Positions 13,238 through 21,730 of a stretch of 23,342 nt of DNA are shown piece after piece. This DNA comes from Nitrososphaerota archaeon (GTDB lineage: Archaea > Thermoproteota > Nitrososphaeria > Nitrososphaerales > UBA57). Position 1 is the stretch's first letter. Every line of letters starts with the position of its first letter. The DNA is taken from positions 1 to 23,342 of the forward strand of contig PAVW01000011.1 in assembly GCA_002713205.1 (NCBI GenBank). Reading direction: 5' to 3'. Under the pieces are notes generated by a model. It was not told the origin of the DNA, did no database searches, and was given only the letters and a program-made list of their open reading frames with translations. The position numbers and the translations under genes are program-made.

Positions 13238-14727
13238 TAATTTCCACCTCCTGAAAGATTATTTATAGATTTTTCAAGTAGAATTTCAGATTTATTAAGT
13301 GAATTTTGTTCTTTTGTAATGAATTTAGATGAATTAGTAAGTTGTACTTGTCTTAGTTTAATCATCCTATTGGTTTCCGAATTAGAAGGTGAACCTTTTG
13401 TAGTTTTTGAATTAACATTTTTACTATAATTAAAAATTGAATCAATTTCATCAGATGTTACCTTAATTGTTTTACCAGTTATTTTCTTTGTCGTTTTAAT
13501 AAGGTTATTTTTTACTATATATGACAATGGATGATCCGTAACCAATGCTTGTTTGGATAATGTACCTACAATATGATGTGATTGTCTGAAAGATATATTG
13601 TAATTAGATGCCATGTAATTGGCTAAATCAGCAGCTATCATAGTATCATCGAGATTTTTAAACATAGATTCCTTGTTAAATTTACAGGTAGACAGCATTA
13701 TAGTTAATAGATGAACTGATGACAACGATTTATTTATAGAATTCCATAATCTAGGCGTTAAATCTTGTATATCGATGCTATATCCAAGAGTTAGAGACTT
13801 GATTATTCCAATTGATGCAACAAGATCACCAATAATTATAGAAGATTTTGATCTTATCAATTCTGCAATAACAGGATTCTTTTTTTGAGGCATGATACTA
13901 CTAGTTGAACTGAATTCATCAGAAATTTCAACATATGAGAATTCAGATGTACTCCATAGAACCAATTCATTGACAATCTTTTCTATATTCAACATTAACA
14001 ACGTAAGATTTGACATTAATTCAATACAGAAATCACGAGTAGTGGTAGCATCAATTGAATTTTCTATAATGCCATTAAAACCAAGTAATTTAGCAATATA
14101 ATCTCTGTCAACATCAATAATTACAGAAGCAATTGCGCCAGAACCTTGTGGAGATTTATTAACTCTATAATATGTTTCTTGAAATCTTTCTACATCTCTA
14201 GATAATGAGTCATAATGCGCAAGAAGATTATGTGAAAGTGTTATAATTTGCGCGTGTTGAAGATGAGTAAAAGATGGCATTAAATAATCAGTATGTGTTT
14301 TTGATAGATTAAGAATAACTTTTTGTAATTCATGAATATTTGTTAATATGCTTAAGATTGATGTACGAGATATCATTCTTATTGCAGTTGCAACTTGATC
14401 ATTTCTGCTCTTTGCAAGATTAAGCTGACCGCCAATTTCATTACCAAGACGACTAATTACAAATGATTCTACATTCATATGAACGTCCTCAAGACTAGAA
14501 TTTAGTTTAAACGAATCGTCAATTAATTTTAAAGTTTTAATGCATTTATTAGCAGTTTTTTTATCAAGTACATTTTGTTTTACTAGCATAATCATATGAG
14601 CAATATTGATTTTTTTAACAGGTTCAATAAGCGGTAAATCATCATTTACAGAACTAATGAAAGAAGAAGCTAAGTCTGAGGTTTTTGAGAGTCTATTACC
14701 TCTCAATATATCAACATTATTGGTCAT
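13237..14727 (-). CDS. argH: Argininosuccinate lyase
   Basis: Fumarate-lyase signature SSTSSIMPQKKNP, LAKSRNDQVATA, HLQHAQ. The ATG overlaps the argG stop (ATGA). It ends in an N/S/K-rich tail of about 50 aa. Confidence 0.93.
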   Translation of the reverse strand: MTNNVDILRGNRLSKTSDLASSFISSVNDDLPLIEPVKKINIAHMIMLVKQNVLDKKTANKCIKTLKLIDDSFKLNSSLEDVHMNVESFVISRLGNEIGGQLNLAKSRNDQVATAIRMISRTSILSILTNIHELQKVILNLSKTHTDYLMPSFTHLQHAQIITLSHNLLAHYDSLSRDVERFQETYYRVNKSPQGSGAIASVIIDVDRDYIAKLLGFNGIIENSIDATTTRDFCIELMSNLTLLMLNIEKIVNELVLWSTSEFSYVEISDEFSSTSSIMPQKKNPVIAELIRSKSSIIIGDLVASIGIIKSLTLGYSIDIQDLTPRLWNSINKSLSSVHLLTIMLSTCKFNKESMFKNLDDTMIAADLANYMASNYNISFRQSHHIVGTLSKQALVTDHPLSYIVKNNLIKTTKKITGKTIKVTSDEIDSIFNYSKNVNSKTTKGSPSNSETNRMIKLRQVQLTNSSKFITKEQNSLNKSEILLEKSINNLSGGGN

Positions 14728-15899
14728 GTTGTTTCTCCCTCATTGAATTTAGACTGAAGCCCCCAAATTTCAATAAAACCCTTAGAATAGGTCTGATTAA
14801 AATCAGATGAAGCAGAATATGATGAAAGATTTTGGTCGTAAATAGAATTATTAGATTTTCTACCAATGACAGTTAATGAGCCATTCTTAAGTTTTAGTTT
14901 AACAGTACCATTAACGCGTTCCTGAGTTTTATTAACAAATGAGTTAATAGCTTTTACCAGGGGATCTACAAATAATCCAGAATAAATCATCCAACTCCAT
15001 TTTTGTTCCAATAAGGACTTTACTTCTAATTCATTTCTAGTCAATACTAACTTTTCTAAATCTTGATGAGCCTCAATAAGTACTACAGCAGCAGGTGCTT
15101 CATATATTTCTCTTGATTTTATTCCCATAAGCCTATCTTCTATATGATCAATGATTCCAATACCATGTTCACCTGCAGTGCTATTAAGATAAGTAATCAT
15201 TTCTATAGAATCAGTAATACCGTCAATTGAAATTGGAACGCCATTATTAAAATCAATTACAATGTATTTATCATCCAATTTACTGTCTGCATTAACCCAT
15301 TTGTAAATATCTTTTGGAGGTTCTTTGAATGAATTCTCTAAAATTCCGCCTTCGATTGATCTTCCCCATAAGTTTTCATCAATACTATATTGAGATTTCT
15401 TTTCAATCGATATATTCATTTCTTGGGCGTATTGAATTTCTTCATCTCTACTCATATTCTCATCTCTGACAGGAGCAATAATTTTAGCATTATGCATAAC
15501 AGATCTTAATGTTACGTCAAATCTTGCCTGATCATTACCTTTTCCCGTACAACCATGAGAGAAAATTTTAGTATCTTCTTGATTTGCAATTTCAACTAGC
15601 TTGTATGCAATCAGAGGCCTACCTAAAGCAGTAGCTAATGGATATTTATTTTGATACAAGGCATTTGATTTTATTGCAGAAAAAATATAATTATCGACAA
15701 ATTCCTGTTTGGCATCAATAGTATAATGTTTTGATGCGCCAATTGAATAGGCCTTTTTTTCAATTGCTTCAAAGTTTTCGTCTTGTCCAATGTCAATCGT
15801 AGCAGTAATCACGTCAAGATTATGTTTTTGCTTTAGCCAACTAACTGATATAGAAGTATCCAACCCTCCAGAAAAAGCAAGAATAGCCTTTTTACTCAT
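14724..15899 (-). CDS. argG: Argininosuccinate synthase
   Basis: PP-loop AILAFSGGLDTS, HGCTGKGNDQARFD, ENLWGRSIEGG. 391 aa. Confidence 0.95.
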   Translation of the reverse strand: MSKKAILAFSGGLDTSISVSWLKQKHNLDVITATIDIGQDENFEAIEKKAYSIGASKHYTIDAKQEFVDNYIFSAIKSNALYQNKYPLATALGRPLIAYKLVEIANQEDTKIFSHGCTGKGNDQARFDVTLRSVMHNAKIIAPVRDENMSRDEEIQYAQEMNISIEKKSQYSIDENLWGRSIEGGILENSFKEPPKDIYKWVNADSKLDDKYIVIDFNNGVPISIDGITDSIEMITYLNSTAGEHGIGIIDHIEDRLMGIKSREIYEAPAAVVLIEAHQDLEKLVLTRNELEVKSLLEQKWSWMIYSGLFVDPLVKAINSFVNKTQERVNGTVKLKLKNGSLTVIGRKSNNSIYDQNLSSYSASSDFNQTYSKGFIEIWGLQSKFNEGETT

Positions 15900-15904
15900 A
15901 ATAA

Positions 15905-15920
15905 TAAATAAATAAATAAA
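15905..15920. repeat. (TAAA)4 microsatellite in the argG/regulator divergent intergenic region
   Basis: Read directly: taaa taaa taaa taaa at 15905..15920, starting 6 nt from the argG ATG. Its function, if any, is unknown. Confidence 0.6.
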
Positions 15921-15935
15921 TGTTTTAATATCTTT

Positions 15936-15951
15936 TGGTCATAATAGACCA
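15936..15951. promoter_or_regulatory. Candidate operator palindrome TGGTC-ATAATA-GACCA
   Basis: Perfect 5-bp inverted arms (15936..15940 and 15947..15951) with a 6-bp AT spacer. This is the only GC-containing dyad in the 55-bp region shared by the divergent argG operon and the HTH-ACT gene. It lies 4 nt upstream of the TTG start at 15955 and 37-52 nt upstream of the argG ATG. Confidence 0.3.
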
Positions 15952-15954
15952 TTA

Positions 15955-16641
15955 TTGGCTATAAATGACCAAAATAAGATAAATGTATCAATTGCAAAAA
16001 TCACAAGAGATTTAATTGAATCAGACTTGAGCATTCAAGATGCAATTACAAGAAATTATGTAAATATAAGCGGAGTGGCACGATTACTAAGACCAAAAAT
16101 TGAAAAAATTAGTAAAACAAGTGTTAATGAAGAAGCAATAATAACTGCAATTAAGAGAATAACACCAAAATATAATTCAATAAATAACGAAATTATCAAA
16201 ATTATATCGAAAAGTAACATAAATGTAAAAACAGGAGTATGTAAATTATCTGTCATAAAAAATCAACGTAACCAGGAAAAGATTCGAAGTGCAATAATAG
16301 ATAACAAAGAAGAATTCATACAGATTTCTGAAGGAACTTCAGCATTAACATTAATTTATTCAGAAAAATTCAGAAAAGAATTGACAAGAAGGTTTAACGA
16401 TAGAGAAGTCTTAGAAAATACAAGAAATTTAGCTGCGATCATAGTAAATAGCCCGATAGGAGTTATAAATGTCCCAGGAGTCGTCTTTGCAATCTATGGG
16501 CAAGTTGCAAAAAGACAAATAAATATAGAAGATACAGTTAGTTGTTTCACTGACACAATTATAGTAGTAAACATAAAAGATGTAGCAATAGCATTCACAG
16601 CATTAAATGAATTATTTGAATTTACAGAAAATTTACAATGA
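15955..16641 (+). CDS. Predicted amino-acid-metabolism regulator: N-terminal HTH-like segment plus C-terminal ACT-like domain (COG2150-type)
   Basis: IQDAITRNYVNISGVARLLRPKIEKI resembles the ...INYSALARLI... segment I recall from archaeal ACT-domain regulators. The C-terminal LAAIIVNSPIGVINVPGVVFAIYGQVAKRQINIEDTVSCFTDTIIVVNIKDVAIAFTALNELF has ACT-like beta-alpha-beta-beta-alpha-beta spacing. There is no in-frame ATG at all, and TTG 15955 is the first canonical start after the in-frame TAA at 15913. Confidence 0.55.
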   Translation: MAINDQNKINVSIAKITRDLIESDLSIQDAITRNYVNISGVARLLRPKIEKISKTSVNEEAIITAIKRITPKYNSINNEIIKIISKSNINVKTGVCKLSVIKNQRNQEKIRSAIIDNKEEFIQISEGTSALTLIYSEKFRKELTRRFNDREVLENTRNLAAIIVNSPIGVINVPGVVFAIYGQVAKRQINIEDTVSCFTDTIIVVNIKDVAIAFTALNELFEFTENLQ

Positions 16642-16775
16642 TATTAACGTTCTCTGTTCCCATCAATAAATTCAAGAAACTCATGTTTTGCTTTTTCATA
16701 GGTCATATTTAAAAATAAATAATTAAAACAAAAAGTAAAGGAACTTTTTTTTACATCAACATGTCATGAATATCA

Positions 16776-17573
16776 GTGAATTACACTAAAATTATTGAAA
16801 ATGTATTAAATAAATCAAATAAATTAATTATTAATAGCTATAACTATCAACGTCAAAAAGAACTAGGAAAGGGGGCTTTTGGAGATAATCAATATCAAAT
16901 TGACATAGTTGCAGAAGAAGCAATATCATCATTTATTCGTGAATACATTCCCAATTGTTCAATTATTTCTGAAGAATCAGGAATATCTCATGGAAAATCC
17001 AATGAGCCAATTATACTAATAGATCCATTAGACGGAAGTTTAAATGCTGTTAAAAAGATTCCATTCTTCAGTTCAGCAATTGCTATTGCCCAAGGAGAAA
17101 ATTTTTCAGATATTATTGCTGCAGGTGTAAGCAATATATTAACGGGGGATATTTATTTGGCGAATAAAAATCAATCTACAAAGAATAATAAATTAATTAA
17201 ACCAAGTAAGATAACAGAACTAAACTTAGCTAGTATAGGAATAGATTTGAATATTAGATCAAATAATGCAATAAAATCATATAAAAATATGCAATCTATT
17301 TTTCAAAAAACTAAAAGTCAAAGAATATTAGGATCTGCCATTTTAGAAAATGTATTTGTTGCAACAGGAAACCTTGACGCGTATATAGCGCCATCAAAAC
17401 AATTAAGAACTTTTGATTGTCTGCCATCCATTTTTATTGCAAAATCTTCAGGTGCATACGTAAAATTTCTAGAAAACAACAAAAAAATTAATTTATTTTC
17501 AAAAAATCGAGTCTCATATATACTTGCTTCGACAAAAAAACTAGGAAATGCAATATTAAAAGAAATATTTTAA
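16776..17573 (+). CDS. Inositol-monophosphatase/FBPase-family phosphatase (SuhB-like)
   Basis: IISEESG, ILIDPLDGSLNA (the DPxDG[ST] motif), and TFDCLPSIFIAKSSGA in the position of WDxAAG. GTG start at 16776, since there is no in-frame ATG near the N-terminus. Confidence 0.72.
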   Translation: MNYTKIIENVLNKSNKLIINSYNYQRQKELGKGAFGDNQYQIDIVAEEAISSFIREYIPNCSIISEESGISHGKSNEPIILIDPLDGSLNAVKKIPFFSSAIAIAQGENFSDIIAAGVSNILTGDIYLANKNQSTKNNKLIKPSKITELNLASIGIDLNIRSNNAIKSYKNMQSIFQKTKSQRILGSAILENVFVATGNLDAYIAPSKQLRTFDCLPSIFIAKSSGAYVKFLENNKKINLFSKNRVSYILASTKKLGNAILKEIF

Positions 17574-17595
17574 GGAATCATGGTTAAAGCAAAGT

Positions 17596-18009
17596 ATGGA
17601 AGAAAGGTCTGCTGGCGCTGTTATTTTTTTAAAAACAAATGAATTAATGTTTTTAATTTTGAATTATCCATCAGGTCATTGGGATTTTGTTAAGGGAAAT
17701 ATTGAAAAAGGAGAAACGCATCAAGAGACAATAATTCGAGAGACCAGAGAAGAAACAGGTATTCAAGATCTAAAGATAATTAACGGATTCAATAAAGAAG
17801 TACAATATTCATATTATAGAAAACAAACGAAAATAAATAAAAAAGTTTTTTATTATCTTGCAGAAACAAATACGAAAAAAATCACAATATCAATTGAACA
17901 TATAGGGTATAAATGGCTTTCATTTAGCGATATGATAAAAACATTAACGTATGAAAGTTCACTACAGGTTCTAAAAGAGGCAAAAAATCGATTGAAGATT
18001 ATTAATTAA
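17596..18009 (+). CDS. NUDIX hydrolase (Ap4A-hydrolase-like)
   Basis: Nudix box GHWDFVKGNIEKGETHQETIIRETREETGI (GX5EX7REUXEEXGU). 137 aa. Confidence 0.85.
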   Translation: MEERSAGAVIFLKTNELMFLILNYPSGHWDFVKGNIEKGETHQETIIRETREETGIQDLKIINGFNKEVQYSYYRKQTKINKKVFYYLAETNTKKITISIEHIGYKWLSFSDMIKTLTYESSLQVLKEAKNRLKIIN

Positions 18010-18015
18010 AAAAAA

Positions 18016-18786
18016 CTATGATAGGTTTTGTTTTATAGAGGCATTCCAAGAATTAAGAGATATACGTTCTAAAATAGAAGAAGGATTTTTAGAATTTATT
18101 ATAGTTCTTCCAATAATTAGATAATCAACTCCAGATTTTATAGCATCAATTTCATTTCCGCCTTGATAACCTATACCTGGAGAGAATATATCGATTTTAT
18201 GTTTAGTAGATTTTAATATTTCAGTAATAATTTTGTTATTATTACCTCCAATAATCATGCCATCAGCTTTCCAATTTAATGCTCGTTGTGCAAATTCGTA
18301 ATATAATTTATTTTTTTTACCATTTTTGAAGATTTCAAGTCCATAACCATCTTTTGCACCAATATGACTCATATATACGAGAAATATTACACCCTTGTTT
18401 TTATTTCTAGAACTGTTTAAAAGAAGATCCAAACCATCTTTGAATCCAACAAAAGGATTAACAATTATAGCATCAAATCCCATTTTCCATAAATAGTTTA
18501 TTGCAACTAAATTTGTTGAAGAAATATCATTTAATTTAATATCTGCAATAACTAGAAGGTTATTTTTATGTATTATAGAAATAAGATTTTTCAAAGTGTT
18601 AAAAGATAAAGGCAGTAATAAATGATAATTAATTTTAACGGCGCAAATATGATTCGCAGTATTAGCGATAAGAACTTTGGATTTCTTTAAAAGTTCATCG
18701 TTACGGCAGGTTAAATCTAAAGATAAAATTATTCGAGTTTGTTTTTTTTCGGCAATTTTCTTTAATTTGTTAGAAAATGTTACCAT
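18016..18786 (-). CDS. pyrF: Orotidine-5'-phosphate decarboxylase
   Basis: IILSLDL, ICAVKINYHLL, LVIADIKLNDISSTN (the DxKxxD motif), SPGIGYQGG, IIGRTI. Confidence 0.85.
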   Translation of the reverse strand: MVTFSNKLKKIAEKKQTRIILSLDLTCRNDELLKKSKVLIANTANHICAVKINYHLLLPLSFNTLKNLISIIHKNNLLVIADIKLNDISSTNLVAINYLWKMGFDAIIVNPFVGFKDGLDLLLNSSRNKNKGVIFLVYMSHIGAKDGYGLEIFKNGKKNKLYYEFAQRALNWKADGMIIGGNNNKIITEILKSTKHKIDIFSPGIGYQGGNEIDAIKSGVDYLIIGRTIINSKNPSSILERISLNSWNASIKQNLS

Positions 18787-18788
18787 GT

Positions 18789-19790
18789 TTATAACCTACG
18801 ATCTATAGTATCATAAACTTCAGGCCCAGTGCCAATTAAACTAACACTTGTATGTAGTTCATTTTCTATATTTTCAATAAATGCCTTAGCATCTGAAGAT
18901 AATTCATCATATTTTCTCATCCCTGTTGCACTTGGAAATAAAATATCAAGTTTAGTAATGGCAATACTAGTAGCAGAATTCAACATAATAGAACGTCGTG
19001 CAAGATTGAAATCAAATGGCGCTGCACGTCGCGTTCGTCCAGTTACAGTTCCAGTCTCACTCCAACCAAGTTTTTGAATTTCTGATTCAGTTATTTCTCC
19101 AGCGAAGGGTCCTTCGCCAACTCTAGTCACATATGATTTGAATATGACTATTACATCGTCAACCTTTTTAGGGCCCAATCCCACATCTGAACAAATTGCA
19201 GATGCTGTAACATCTTTAGATGTGACAAATGGATAATTACCAAAATATAATGAAAGAAAAGTACCCTGAGTTCCTTCAACTAGAACATCATTACCATTTT
19301 CAATCTGAGAATTAATAATACCCGGAATGTCATCAAGATAATCTTTGAATAGATCCAGATCTTTAGCCAATTTAGCAGTTCGGAGAACCCTTTCTGCATT
19401 AGCTGGGCCAGTTCCACTTCCAGTACTACCAACTTTAGAAGACAAAAAACCCGATCTATCTGAATTAATATGATGCTGTTCTATAATTCCACAACTACGA
19501 TCTATCACTAATCTATCAAGTGCATTGTATTTTGTGGCTTCATTAAGTGTAACAGTAGGATCAACTAACACACCAGGACCTATCAATAACCGAGTAGATT
19601 TGTTAACAACTGCACTTGGTAGCATACGCAATTTCAATACTTGATTTTCGTAAATCACTGTATGACCGGCATTGGGACCAACACCGCCTCTGACTGCGAG
19701 AGAATGAGAGTCAGAAAGAGATAAATAAGCTACAATCTTACCTTTACCTTCATCACCATAAAACCCACCAACAACTACAGTAACCGTCAC
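18789..19790 (-). CDS. purA: Adenylosuccinate synthetase (short archaeal form)
   Basis: GGFYGDEGKGKIV P-loop, GPNAGHTV, VGSTGSGTGPA, TGRTRR. 333 aa. GTG start at 19790, because the nearby ATG at 19792 is out of frame and hits TGA immediately. Confidence 0.9.
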   Translation of the reverse strand: MTVTVVVGGFYGDEGKGKIVAYLSLSDSHSLAVRGGVGPNAGHTVIYENQVLKLRMLPSAVVNKSTRLLIGPGVLVDPTVTLNEATKYNALDRLVIDRSCGIIEQHHINSDRSGFLSSKVGSTGSGTGPANAERVLRTAKLAKDLDLFKDYLDDIPGIINSQIENGNDVLVEGTQGTFLSLYFGNYPFVTSKDVTASAICSDVGLGPKKVDDVIVIFKSYVTRVGEGPFAGEITESEIQKLGWSETGTVTGRTRRAAPFDFNLARRSIMLNSATSIAITKLDILFPSATGMRKYDELSSDAKAFIENIENELHTSVSLIGTGPEVYDTIDRRL

Positions 19791-19801
19791 ATTAAACCAA
19801 C

Positions 19802-20578
19802 CTATTTTCCAAATCTTCGAGCTCTTTTTTGATATGTTCGAATAGCACGCATTAAATCAATTTTACGGAAATCAGGCCAATAAACATCGAGAAATACTAA
19901 TTCACTATAAGCACTTTGCCAAAGTAAAAACCCACTCAATCTTTCCTCCCCAGAAGTTCTAATAACTAAATCAGGTTCAGGATTTGGAAGATGAGATGTA
20001 GATAAATAATTTTCTATCATATTTTGATCAATACTATTAGGATCTAAGCCATTTTGTACTTGCAATGCAACATTTTTAACTGCTTCGATTATTTCAAATC
20101 TCCCACCGTAAGCTAGGGCTAAATTAAAAAAATGCCTATTATAATGTTTAGTTTTTTCTTCTATCAAAGTAATTTTATCTTGAATATCTAATGGTAATAA
20201 ATGAAGATTGCCAATACCTCTTACATTAACTTCATATAGATCAATTTTAGGTTCATTAATCAATTCAGAAAGTTTATCTGATATTATATCTAAAATTTTT
20301 TTAACTTCATCATCTGGACGTTGAAGGTTTTCCGAAGACAAAGCATAAAGTGTTATAATTTTAATATTTAATTCATTACACCAATCGAGCAAATCAGTAA
20401 CTATATTTGCACCTTCTAAATGTCCCATCCAAACAGGCATTAATCTAGACCTAGCCCAACGTCTATTTCCATCAAGAATAATAGCGATATGACCAGGAGA
20501 ATCATACAAATTAATTTGTCGTTTTAGATAATTCTCATAAAATTTGTATATTCCAAGATAATTCAATATGCTAAACAA
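19802..20578 (-). CDS. uppS: cis-Prenyltransferase (undecaprenyl/dolichyl-diphosphate synthase family)
   Basis: PGHIAIILDGNRRWA, YALSSENLQRP, IRTSGEERLSGFLLWQSAYSEL. TTG start at 20578, with no in-frame ATG before the catalytic DGNRRWA. It is in the same frame as the upstream DUF373 gene, separated by a TAG and three codons. Confidence 0.9.
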   Translation of the reverse strand: MFSILNYLGIYKFYENYLKRQINLYDSPGHIAIILDGNRRWARSRLMPVWMGHLEGANIVTDLLDWCNELNIKIITLYALSSENLQRPDDEVKKILDIISDKLSELINEPKIDLYEVNVRGIGNLHLLPLDIQDKITLIEEKTKHYNRHFFNLALAYGGRFEIIEAVKNVALQVQNGLDPNSIDQNMIENYLSTSHLPNPEPDLVIRTSGEERLSGFLLWQSAYSELVFLDVYWPDFRKIDLMRAIRTYQKRARRFGK

Positions 20579-20587
20579 TAATGTTAC

Positions 20588-21730
20588 CTACCTACGTCTT
20601 TTCTTAGGATAATTAATATATCGTTGATACAGAAAAATAACAGTAAGAAAAGTTGCTGCAAGTCCAAATACTAAAGATGAAATAAAAGTAAACATATTAC
20701 CTTGACCAATCAGTATATATGCAAATTGTTGAATAGGAAAATAAAGAAACAGCAATGTAAACAACACCACAGCACCACGAATTACTCGACGATTTTTATT
20801 TGTTATCCAATTAGACAGCATTCCACCAGCAATAAATAAGCCGAATCCAGTCCAAATAAAAACCAATGAAGTTGAAGTAAACAAGCCAATTAATTCAGGA
20901 ATAGAAGAAAAAAAGTTAGAGGGATTAGAAAATATTTGAGAAAATGCCCCACTAGTAACTATATTTGAAAGTCCAAATAACGTGCCAACAATTATTACTA
21001 AAAAACCACCTATTATTGAAAAGAGTCTTACGTAAGAAGATAATTGTAACTTGGGCAAGTCCATAGTTAAACGATCTAAATCAAATCCACGAATTATGAG
21101 TGCAAGACCTAAAATTCCAAGAGTTACAGTAATTGCTTGATTCAATAAATCAAATACGCCAAGAAAGGCCCATGACAGAAAAATTATTCCAGGAACGCCT
21201 AAAGCAATTTTTGAAAATCGTTTTTCAAAAATAAGCATTTTCAAATATTTACCTAATACAGAATAAGTTTCTTCAAGAGCGCCACTGTGCTTGATAATTA
21301 TACGCTGAATTGAGATAATTGGAATTAATTCGTGAATAACAGGTAATAAATACATTTCATCGGCCCCATCTGAAACAATTATTGCTGACTTTGATCGAGT
21401 CTTATCTACGACAGTAATAATTTCATTTCGAATTTTTTCATCAGATTGATGTCCACCGGAATTTAATCCAGTAACGATACAAATTTCACATTGTTTGCCT
21501 TTTTTAATCAATTCATTATATGTTTTTATGGCGGCAAAAATTGCATTGGCATCTGCTTCTTCAGGATCAGATAACGCTAATTTTATAGCGGCGTTTTGAC
21601 AATTTTTTAGACCAATAACAGGAGTTCTTATTGGAGTTTTAATACCAAGATCGTCATCACGATCAATACATAAAATAAGAACTTTAGAAGATATTTTTTT
21701 ATGTTTATTTGAGATAGTCATCATCTTCAT
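20588..21730 (-). CDS. Polytopic membrane protein with N-terminal soluble domain (DUF373-like)
   Basis: N-terminal region of about 170 aa (VLILCIDRDDDLG...IIVSDGADE), followed by about 6-7 hydrophobic helices. Start candidates are ATG 21730, 21724 and 21721 (TTG 21733 in the track). All of them overlap the upstream coiled-coil gene by 17-29 nt. Confidence 0.6.
   Translation of the reverse strand: MKMMTISNKHKKISSKVLILCIDRDDDLGIKTPIRTPVIGLKNCQNAAIKLALSDPEEADANAIFAAIKTYNELIKKGKQCEICIVTGLNSGGHQSDEKIRNEIITVVDKTRSKSAIIVSDGADEMYLLPVIHELIPIISIQRIIIKHSGALEETYSVLGKYLKMLIFEKRFSKIALGVPGIIFLSWAFLGVFDLLNQAITVTLGILGLALIIRGFDLDRLTMDLPKLQLSSYVRLFSIIGGFLVIIVGTLFGLSNIVTSGAFSQIFSNPSNFFSSIPELIGLFTSTSLVFIWTGFGLFIAGGMLSNWITNKNRRVIRGAVVLFTLLFLYFPIQQFAYILIGQGNMFTFISSLVFGLAATFLTVIFLYQRYINYPKKRRR

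Noticed and set aside
13237-13390. N/S/K-rich C-terminal tail of about 50 aa on ArgH, considered as a possible extra domain or separate small gene
   Set aside because: It is in frame and continuous with argH, and its low-complexity composition is typical of AT-driven extensions. I see no independent start or motif.
16644-16706. 20-codon minus-strand mini-ORF (MTYEKAKHEFLEFIDGNRER) in the 134-bp spacer between the HTH-ACT and IMPase-like genes
   Set aside because: It is too short to support without conservation or expression data, and it has no motif. The oligo-T stretches on the plus strand here (16686..16696) more likely act as a terminator for the HTH-ACT gene, but I could not support that well enough to list it as a feature.
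17580-17642. 20-codon plus-strand mini-ORF (MVKAKYGRKVCWRCYFFKNK) overlapping the NUDIX start
   Set aside because: It is out of frame with the NUDIX gene. A single CxxC is not enough for a zinc-ribbon call, and the 22-nt gap plus ATG 17596 explain the region adequately.
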